NCBI GenBank assembly: GCA_013265495.1
Contig: MU058636.1
Coordinates: 7,208,295-7,272,294, forward strand
DNA from: Vicugna vicugna
Lineage: Eukaryota
Reading direction: 5' to 3'
Length of the DNA stretch: 64,000 bases
A program made the translations under genes and the position numbers. The notes beneath the pieces were generated by a model that searched no databases, was not told the origin of the DNA, and was given only the letters and a program-made list of their open reading frames with translations. Below are positions 41,242 to 50,492 of the stretch, one piece after another (the first letter of the stretch is position 1; each line of letters begins with the position of its first letter).

Positions 41242-42924
41242 CCAACAGTGAAGGCTTTTAGAACTATTATTTACTTTAAGTTAATAAAGTATATCACAGA
41301 CAAAAATATACAATTTTACACTGAAGCAACATTAAGGGTCTCACTTTAGCTGACCAAAAAAGAATGTTAAGGAAATTTACAGGTAGGATTTAATTGTAGA
41401 AGTTGCTCTTCCTTTATGAAAAAGAATGAAACTAGATCTCTCGCTTGTCTCCAAGGACAAGAGGTTGCAGACCTCATGATCAAAGCACCTGCCAGTTAGA
41501 AGCTCACTCACTGAAAAATGATCATGCAGCTTCAGTGTCGAAGCCCAAGGATGACAACAACAACAAAAAAAAAGGAAAAATAAAAACCACCCCAACCAGA
41601 GGCATTCTAAGCTTCTACAATGAATTTCCTGTTTCCCACCAGTTTATGACCCTTAATGTTACTGGATGGATGGTTGCATATTTGAGATGATTAAAAAATA
41701 AAAGACTGCCTTAAAAGCACCTCCTTCTCAATTGTATGTAATTACATACAAGTGAAAGCTTCCTTCTGACAGTCCTAGGGACCCCATTTGTTACTGTTTC
41801 ATATAAAGCACCATTGAGCCAATTTTTAAAAGCACATTTGCAGTGATCAAATGTGTCCTCAAGTTTTGTTGATTTCTTTGTCTTTAAACAAAAAGTGTAA
41901 AGTGTGTTCATTTTCGTGCTTCTTATTGTATCTGAATTGACAAAAATGTTAATTACGGAAGTGCTTTTAATCACTATTTTCCCTAACAGACGAGAATGGC
42001 TTTGTGAAATTCGATGAAATAAAGAAATCCGTATCTCCCAAAGAAGCAGATAGCTGACCCTCTATCACCGCATGCAAAAGAAGGGTCTGTCTGAGAGTAT
42101 TTTCCCCAAACTCCTAATGGAAAGGGCAGACAACACGCAGGAAAGGCTAACCCTTGAACTGACCAACTTCAAGTTTTAAAAAATCTTTGATTGGACCCCC
42201 CAAAAAAAAAAGGTAGCAGTTTAAAAAAAATTAATGATTTACAAATTATAGAAAAGATATGTTATCTACAATATATGCCAGGTGACTCATTAATTTTTTT
42301 AAAAATCCACATCCAAATGAATAATTACATTAAAACTACCATCTTGGATCTTGGTGCTTTCCAAAATTCTGAAATTACAATGAAACGGGGGACATACCAG
42401 ATATTTTTGGAGAATTGGGCAGAGAAAAGAAGGAAGTGAACCTTCACTCTTTGGTACAGGCCCTGTATAGCAAACTTCAGCCGGGGGCACCTTTTTAAGG
42501 TGAAATTAAAAACCTTTGAAATTAGAAGTTTATCATGGAAATGCTGACAGATCCTGACCTGGAGAAGGGCTGGCAGGTGACACAATGATATTAAGCAAGC
42601 TCTCCCTCAAGCGCAGTTGCCCTTCAACGCGGGGGACAGAGCTGTCTAATGGGCACCGCTGGCCAGCAAACAACCATGATTTAATGTGTGTGAGCCTTAG
42701 TCATACGGTAGCTCTGTGACCCTCTAAGCTAAGCCAATTTTTCTTTTCTTTTTCCAACTGAAATATGCCTCAAAGGGTAAAAGATTGACATTTTAGCCTT
42801 CATTCATGGATATATTGCTTTCTTTCAACAATATCTGATGGGCCTGTTAACCACCACCCATGCAGGGGCTGAGCACGTTCTAAGAAGGTCTCACTGAATA
42901 CAAAACACCAAGCGTTTTTAGTCG

Positions 42925-42930
42925 TTTATT
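42925..42930 (-). terminator. Candidate proximal polyadenylation signal AATAAA
   Basis: tttatt on + at 42925-42930, followed on the mRNA strand by CGACTAAAAACGCTTGGTGTTTTGTATT (GU/U-rich downstream element). Would give a ~3.2-kb 3'UTR. Confidence 0.6.
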
Positions 42931-45226
42931 TGCATTTTTTTCTCTGCTTATTTTAGTATGCACCACGTGTAAGTTAATGAGGGCTACAGTTAAAAACATT
43001 TTCAGTGACTGAAATCTTACTTTTCCTTCTAATGATCTGGAGCAAATCACATATTCATTGATTATGAGGAATAAAATGATTTCTGCTACAATGTCGAGGA
43101 AAAATGTGTTCATCCCTATGAACAGTTCTCATCTACAGAGATGGTTTACACAATGCAAGTAATGAAGGAGTTTTTCCTTAACTAGTCTACTACCAAGCTG
43201 AAAAAAAAAAAGACTCTTAAAATTCCCTTGAAAATACCATATGGTTGGTCATGTATCAATAAAGGAAAGACAGTCCCCATTACCAGGCCACCACCATAAG
43301 AGCTATATTAAATACTTAGAAAAAAAATATGGAGACACTTGTGGCAATGATTAAATTGATCATTACAGAGATACACTGCCATAATGGTACATATTTACTC
43401 TATAATAAAGTGAAATAAAAAATAAGATCAATTTGGTTATAGAAATTCCTTAAAGAACACCACCACTTAATTATTTCAAACTTGAACTATCCCAAGAATG
43501 TCGTGAAAAAAAGCAGAAAGCACTGGCTAAAAGCAAAAGCAGTCTTAGAACACCCACGTAATCAGCATGCCTTGTGCTTGTCTGTTAACCCTCTGAGTAC
43601 ATCTCTGACATTCAGGATCTCGATAGCTTAGTGCTGAAAAGATTGCATTCCATCTGATTACTCAGTATTTCTACTTGACAGGTCACATTCCGCTGTTTAC
43701 ACAGCATAGATCACTCAAATTCTACAGCGATGCGCTGGGATCCCCTTGCCACATGGCCCTGCAGTCTTCTGAGCTGCCCCTGTGCAGTGTTCTGGGAAAC
43801 ACGCCACAGCCTCACGTTGGCCACAGTCCTTCAAGACTTGGACAAGAAAAGGTATGAGCTGAACACCATAAGGCCTGTACACTAGATGCTGGAGCAACAT
43901 ATGTAAATGCCCATGGAAAAAGCAGTAGTTCAAAGAGAGGAAAGTGACAGTTGCCACAGGTAGGTCTCTACCCACATCTTTTCATGTTCACACATTTAGC
44001 GTCGAGGCCACCCTATACACCTACTTCTGAGTCTTACTTAGAATAGTGCTTTGCTTTAGAGCTCTTGAGAAAGCAGTAGATTCTGAGCAGTTCAGGGTAC
44101 TTTACTAATATGGAATCTACCTACACACCATACCCCTCCTGGTGTTCTGTCCTTCCCCTCCTCCCCCTGAATCCAATTGATTTGTGCTACTTTGTGTTGT
44201 TGTCTGTTAAGATATTCAGGACTCTCTAAAAGAGGGGAACTTCTCAACATATGATCTAATGTTTACATAGCAGGACAACACAGGCCAAAGAGATAAACCT
44301 AAATATGGAAGGACAAAGAAACTGGGGGGCACTGTGTTGCAAAAAATCAAGACATGCTGTGATTTAAAAATCTATATTAATATAGACCATATGTTTATGA
44401 ATTGAAGTGTAAAAAGCAGCCATCCAAGGCCAATGTGTGTTTGAAAATACAGAACTGACTGTGGAAACGTCATACACAGACTTCAAGACTTTCAGATATT
44501 GAAGTACATTCCAAAGCAGAGGCAGTGCGTGCTGTTCAGCCATCTAGATGCAAATTTCAGGGCCCATCATTCATTGGTTGTCTCCTGGGTCACAGAGCTG
44601 AGCGAACCTTAGGAGGACGTGTGAACTGGGCCCCTACCTCCCAGACACCGTGGCCAGCCTCCTCTCTAAGCATCGCAGTAACTACCGGCAGTGGCAGGCC
44701 CCTATTCTGAATGTGATACACGCAGAAGAAACTCACCGGAGACACATGGCTAGGCAGGAAGATTTGGTAACAAGAGTGAAATACAAGTGTCGGAGAGGAC
44801 TTGGCCCAAAGAGAGAAACAAGCACCTCCCTCTGGACATCTAAGGGCAGTGCTGTGAAAGTTCATCATCGGAAGCAGAAGTTTTATCTGCCAGGGTACCT
44901 TCTAGGTCTCCCATCCAGTTCTCCCTGGGAGACTATATGTAGGTAACCTAAAGGTGCACATGGAATGCTCTTACCAATGGTTTATTTCTTTAAGACCCAT
45001 TTTTAGGACATCCTAGGTTGTTTGCCCACTGTGCTTTCTCCTTGGCCACCTTGCAAAGCACTAGCCTCTAGTCCCCTGTGCCCCAGCACTCTGCCTACAT
45101 ATGGATTTCATACTCTGTGAATTTCACACTGAAGACTGAAATGCATGAAAAAGCAGGTGAGAAAAAGAACAAGATCTTGTTGCCTCTTTCTGGTTGAAAT
45201 TCCAGCCCTATTGAGCACCTGGCAAT

Positions 45227-45234
45227 TTATTGCT
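45227..45234 (-). promoter_or_regulatory. miR-137 8mer seed site in the DCLK1 3'UTR
   Basis: TTATTGCT on + equals AGCAAUAA on mRNA. A second 7mer-m8 match is at 42813-42819. Confidence 0.65.
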
Positions 45235-45349
45235 CTTTTCCACCAGTTTGTTTTGTTTTTCCTGTAGATGTCTCATACTGAGCAGGCAGACCCTCACTCA
45301 CCAAGCACAGGACAAGGGATGGTGACTTCCCGAGGGTCTGTGCTGGCAG

Positions 45350-45375
45350 TAGCAGCAGCTGGAGTGGAAGCAGCA
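45350..45375 (-). promoter_or_regulatory. Paired miR-15/16/195/424/497 seed sites in the DCLK1 3'UTR
   Basis: TAGCAGCA on + at 45350-45357 (8mer UGCUGCUA on mRNA) and AGCAGCA at 45369-45375 (7mer-m8). Confidence 0.7.
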
Positions 45376-46072
45376 TTTCTGGGGCATCATGAGCACATCT
45401 TCATATGGAGGCAGTTTGGGGGAGGGGCACCATCTAGTTCCCGGGTCAGGCTGTCAGCCACAGACCTAAGTCCCTCCACTGGGGACGCAGGACTCGCGGC
45501 AGCTGGCAGACCTCCACTGGAAGAAAGTCCCTTTTCTTAATAGGACTGTGAGGAGAGGAGAGGAATGCTGATGCTTAAGTTATAAACCTGCCACGTTCTC
45601 ACCCCACAAGAAAGGACAAGCAAGATATCACTCTAGACGCTCTTCTTGTCTGGGCACCTCAGCATCTAATAACAACCCTTGATCTGCAGCAAAATCAAGA
45701 AACATGTGTGTATAAATCCAAAGGCCTGAAAAATTCCCCAGGGGTTTGCCATAAAATCCTGTGCACTCAGAAGGTTAACGTGTGCGATATTACATACTGC
45801 AGATCCTAGCTTGACTGATAAAAACATTCGTTGCTTCTGTGGTTTAAAAAGTTGCAAAATAGCCTTAACCCTTTGAGGACCACCAACGACATGTCATCAT
45901 CTCAACCAGCAAAGGGACATCGCTACAAGGATACCAGAAAAGACACTTTTCCGCTCGGCCATTCAAGCATTGAGTGCTAGGTAGGTCAGATGAAACTGCT
46001 TTACGTAAATCTGGGGGCAAAAATCTCAGAGTCTCAAAGGGTTAAGCTAGGACTTCGAGTAAAAGGGTCTTA

Positions 46073-46237
46073 TTAAAAGGGCGAGTTGGGGGAGCGAACA
46101 GTCTCGGAGGAGCTTGGGGAGTAGTCTTCCGACTCCGAGTTGAGTTCAGGCGGCGCTGGCTGGGCCTTGTACTGGCTCCTCACATCCGGGTTGCGTCTTC
46201 GTCGGAAAACCTGCCTCTCCTTATCAAGAGCGGTGGT
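46073..46237 (-). CDS. DCLK1: DCLK1 terminal exon, exon-skipped frame: [54 protein letters not shown]
   Basis: Acceptor ttctcattttatgcccctgctAG (AG at 46239-46238). 54 codons plus TAA (46075-46073), followed by a second TAA. The peptide matches the known DCLK1 C-tail ending [13 protein letters not shown]. Confidence 0.97.
   Translation of the reverse strand, partial: TTALDKERQVFRRRRNPDVRSQYKAQPAPPELNSESEDYSPSSSETVRSPNSPF
46180..46237 (-). CDS. DCLK1: DCLK1 terminal exon, exon-included frame: (R)[18 protein letters not shown]
   Basis: AG from the 74-nt exon plus A completes Arg, then 18 codons and TGA at 46182-46180. Matches the known alternative DCLK1 C-terminus. Confidence 0.95.
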
Positions 46238-48421
46238 CTAGCAGGGGCATAAAATGAGAAAGAGCACAATTAGGCCGAAGGAAATGGCAAAATAAATGCT
46301 TTCTGGAACTTTCTGAGGTCAGACAAATATGCTGGCCAAGTTAACCTGTCCATGGTTGGTTCTCTGCTCCCCTAGATGCAGCTCCTTAGAGCATCTGGTC
46401 CTGACATCGCGGGCACAGGCAGGATGGGTGATGTCGTGTTCAACCCCTCCCCAGCCCTACCCAGACCTCCCCTAGCTCCACATCTATTACCCTCGGTCGC
46501 TCCCAGCCTAGCCAGACACGCCCTGGTAAACGGGGGCCCCGGGACAGAGTGTCTGCCACGTGAGGACGCCAGGCGTGCCTCGTTCATCAACATTCAGCTC
46601 CAGGCAGCTGCAGAATAAAGATGAGAGGTGATGAAGTCGTCAGACATGGAAACAGAGCCACCAGCTCGCCTTGTTATTGTAGCACCTCCTCATTCTAAAT
46701 TATCTTATTATCTGTTGATTAGGGAGTGTGGCCGAATCTCTGGGAAGGATGATGGGTTTGAGTTGAAGGAACCTCATGCCTGAAATTGAAAACTGCTTTG
46801 AATGCAATTAAACCAGATGGAAACCTTCCTGCGGATTTTCCTTTACTAAGTTCACTTTCATTGGAGCATGTGGTCATTTACAAAATCAAGATTCAATGTC
46901 GTAGGTTGTGTCGTAGGCACAGAGACCAGGAGTCTCTGGTCTCTGTGCCTCATTTTCCTGAGGAAACGTTAGCTGATCTCCGGGATGTGCTATCCAGCCA
47001 TAGTTCTGGAAGCTATTATGACATTAGGACTGGGGAGGGCAGGACTTCATTACAGATTTAATGGGTGTGAGGAGGAACAGGTCATTACAGAGAAACCTTA
47101 CACAGAGAGCAGAAGAGCAGGTACAAAGCCTGAACAAAAATACAGAACGCATATAAAAGTTGAAGGCATCCTTGTTTGAAAGTCCCTCTTTAAAAGGATG
47201 TAGCCTGGAGGTTATTCTGCTTTTAAGAGATTACTTTTCCTCTACAGGGATATCTACCACCATTTTTCCTCTTGGAAATTTACTGTTAGCTTCTTCAAAG
47301 AACAGAGATAAATTTATAGCCAGCCTGGTTCTGAGAACAAAGTGAAAACTAAGCCCCTCATACAACGGCAGTGTAGCATTAGAGCAATCTTAGATCTAAA
47401 ATGGGGCAATCAAAGTTCCAAAATGAAGTAATAAAGAGAGGCAGAGTGTAGAGCCAGTACAGTAAATGGCTTCGTTAGGTTGAACTGCTCCGCTTTGAAA
47501 ACTATCCACACACTGAATAACAGTGTTACAAGCCAGTGAGGAAGATAAACTTGAATAATTCACTTCTCGTCTCAGTAGACTGTTAATACAGTGATTCAAT
47601 AACTGGTTTGTGGAAATGTCTACCTTTAATTCCTCGGCGTGGCGAATTTTTAAGGACCCTCACGTACATAGTACTTGGTCTTCTACCCACCGATTTTATG
47701 GTATCTTTGGCATCATAAACCCAAATTCCTAACTTTATTTAAAACATTGTAAAGTTACAACACATGGTATTTTGCTTTCAACGCAAACTGAAAATGTTCT
47801 GTTTGTGCAGAGTTGAAGGTAAAAAAAAACCCAGGCATCTATTTAGTCTGAACTTGCATAAAAAAACCACTCTCTAGTTAATCCAAGAGTAATATAAACA
47901 CTTCCTTGGTCATAAAAACTATTTCTATGTCTACCTTCTTGAGAAAGAAAAAAGTCATTGGCATCAAACCGAATGCTGACTGGTAACGGAGGTTCTCTGG
48001 TGTGCGGGAGGAAGCACCCGGGGCCTGCCGTCAGGGACGTTGAGTCCTGCTCCATCCATCACTGGCCGTGAACCGTTCACTCCGTTCTCAGTTAAATCAG
48101 GGGCAGGGGTAATGCCCTCCCACCCTCCCACAGTTGCTAGAGGCAAAAATGGACGTGCAGATGCTTTCTAAATGGCAAAGACTCCCAGAAATGAAAAGTG
48201 GGTTTTTTTTTTCTTCTTCTTTACAGAGTAAGATATTGTTCTAAAATTAGGCAACTGTAGGTTAGAGGAGAGCAAGACAAAGCTCACATTGGAACGCACC
48301 TAAGGGTCCTTGCCCTCCCTCCCTCCCCTCACTGGCATTGTCTCCACGTTTCCCTCATCTCCCCATAATTCACTCAGTTACTCCCAGTCATGCTCTTGGC
48401 TGCAGCCACTGAAATAGGCCC

Positions 48422-48598
48422 TTTCTTTTCTTTTTGCTAATTTTTATTATTACTATTTTATTTTGGAGGAGAGTAATTAGGTTTCTTTATTTATGTTATT
48501 ATTATTATTTAACAGAGGTACTGGGGATCGAACCAAGGACCACGTGCATGCGAAGTGCACACTCTGCCACAGAGCTGCACCCCGCCCCCCCCCCCCCC
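48422..48598 (-). mobile_element. tRNA-derived SINE, camelid Vic-1-like
   Basis: Minus strand reads G-run-GGGTGCAGCTCTGTGGCAGAGTGTGCACTTCGCATGCACGTGGTCCTTGGTTCGATCCCCAGTACCTCTGTTAAATAA...AACCTAATTACTCTCC...A-rich tail. Possible TSD taggccYtttct at 48415-48426 / 48608-48619. Confidence 0.85.
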
Positions 48599-49660
48599 AC
48601 CTTGACCTAGGCCTTTTCTCCACAAATCCTGACACCGTTTAATGCAGAGGCTGGTGGCACTCACCAGCTTGGATGGTCCCCTTCCCCTTAGCTTCCCCAT
48701 CAGGACAGTCATAGTCTCTCCCTCCCTTGTCCCTTTGCCTGGACAGCCCTGGCCTGGTCCCTTTTAAGCGGTCAGTTCTGGCCACTCCTGCCTGTTTCTC
48801 AAAATGTCAGCAGCTTTTCCGTGCTGGCCTTTGCTGATGGGCCCTTGTGTCCAAACGCTCCCAGGCTTTCAGTTGTCCCGATCTCACCAGGAGCTGCACC
48901 GCAGTTACTTCTGCAAACTAAGCACGTCAGGTCCCCAGATCACGTACGAAGGGCGCGATGGTTGCTTCTGGTGGAAGTACAGACTCAGCATTTAAGCAGA
49001 GCTGAGAAAGCGTTCTTTGTCCAGGGCTCTGCCTTTACAGGCAGGGAACGTGAGGCCCGCAGAGCATCCCTGACGAGGAACAGAGCTCAGTTCTCCTGAC
49101 AAGGTCCAGGCAACCTCTTCCCCTTTGCTCTGAAGTGTGTTGAAGCAGAACTAGATGGAGCCACTGCGCTCCAGGAGTTCAGTCCTCCTCAGTTCCCAGC
49201 CAGAGCGAGCCAAGGAGAGGACACTGACCACAGGCAGCACCAGAGGCCAAAAGACCAGGGTGAACCCAGGTTGACGACCGAGAACCCTCTCAGGGGAGCA
49301 CGCCAGGGTTCACCGCGTGCACAGTCCCATTCTGGGCCTGAGGACAGAGTTTCCCACCCACCCGGGGCCGCACAATATTCCCAAAGGCTACAGTGTTCAG
49401 GGCTCCCCACAGACTTGCCTCAAAGATGTTCCAAAGGGCATCACTGCCCACCGGCCTCTCTCCCCAGGCTTCTGCTCACTCTGCTCCAGTTCTGTGGACT
49501 GTGGTTCATTCAAGAACTTCTCTGCGTTCCCTGAAGCCCAGTACAGCTCTCACTATGTGTCCTGCATACAACGCAACTGACTGATGTGCCGCGCTCCCTG
49601 CCACGCTCCAGGCTCTTTGGAGGGCAAGATCAAGTCTGGGCATCCTGTCTGCGCTCCCCA

Positions 49661-49706
49661 CAGCTCACAGCTCACAGCTCACAGCTCACAGCTCACAGCT
49701 CACAGC
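49661..49706. repeat. (CAGCTCA)6.5 heptanucleotide tandem repeat
   Basis: Six perfect CAGCTCA units plus CAGC. Confidence 0.95.
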
Positions 49707-49964
49707 AGCTACTCTCCAAACACTGTGGCTTTTGAAATAAGGGAAGGTACAACAGAGGTCACCTTATTTCCCTCCTGAGCACTCAACCTCCAGCCCATCC
49801 TGCACACAGCTGACAGGTCAATTATGCCCAGGTCCGATTTATTTACAATTCCTCATAAAGTGCAGTCCTTGTCCTAACAGTCACAACGTGTCTACAATAA
49901 AAATTTCCAGCGTCTCATTCCTGTTGCTACTCAAAATGGTCCTGGGACATCAGCAGAGCCAGAG

Positions 49965-50492
49965 GTTCCCACTGGCGGACAACAGAACATCCCCTTCCTC
50001 TGCCTACGGTGAACCTCAGTTTCCCTTTGGACATACCCCACTCCCATACCCTGTGATTCCAGCGAAGGGGACCCTACCCCCTCTCTGAGGGCACAGCAGG
50101 GGTGGCTTGTGACCCAGGAGCAAGCCTATGCTGACTGCATCCCCTAGTCCCCAAGACTGGGTCAGGATGGGCGCCCGGCCCAGCTCACAGGACACAAGGA
50201 GACCTTCACCGAGACTCCACAGCTACAACAAGTCCCCACTGTGAGAGGATGGCAGGCTTGGAGCTGCAGCCCCCATCCTGGTACCCTGAAGCTCCAGGTT
50301 CAAGCCAGCACGGGGAGGCAGAGTGCAGGGATGGAAAGAGACCCCACCCTGCTGGTGCTGAATCCATCCATCATTGAAGCCAGGCCCAATCTTTGGACCT
50401 TTCAGAGTACATAAAATCATGCCTTTCCTTTCTGCTTAGAGCCAGTTTGGTTTGGGTTTTCTTCACGTGAGATCCAAACAGTCCTAACTGCT
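49965..50492 (+). mobile_element. Old MLT1 (J/K-like) MaLR LTR
   Basis: ggcttgtgacccagg...ggagctgcagcccccatcctgg...gcttagagccagtttggtttgggttttcttcac...gtcctaactg. Confidence 0.65.

Larger units (their letters stand above)
40180..46072 (-). other. DCLK1: DCLK1 3'UTR (long form ~5.9 kb; short form ending near 42905)
   Basis: Largely AT-rich, transposon-poor stretch directly after the stop codons, with candidate AATAAA signals. The exact ends are inferred. Confidence 0.75.

Noticed and set aside
45268..45547. ORF on + and a minus-strand acceptor-like site (ctcctctcctcacAG) inside the 3'UTR
   Set aside because: No recognisable protein in any frame. The region is better explained as UTR carrying miRNA sites.
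46372..46609. Strong-looking acceptor (cctctcatctttattctgcAG at 46609-46608) upstream of the real last exon
   Set aside because: Phase 0 gives LPGAEC* and phase 2 gives a short unrecognisable peptide. No supporting evidence; probably a cryptic site.
47964..48146. Protein-like ORF (ATVGGWEGITPAPDLTENGVNG...) after a plausible AG acceptor, as an extra DCLK1 terminal exon
   Set aside because: The open frame needs a phase-1 junction, but the upstream DCLK1 donors are phase 0 or 2, and those frames stop within ~15 codons.
48509..48590. tRNA gene (A/B-box-like GGTTCGATCCC)
   Set aside because: It is the head of a SINE with an A-rich tail and does not form an intact cloverleaf.
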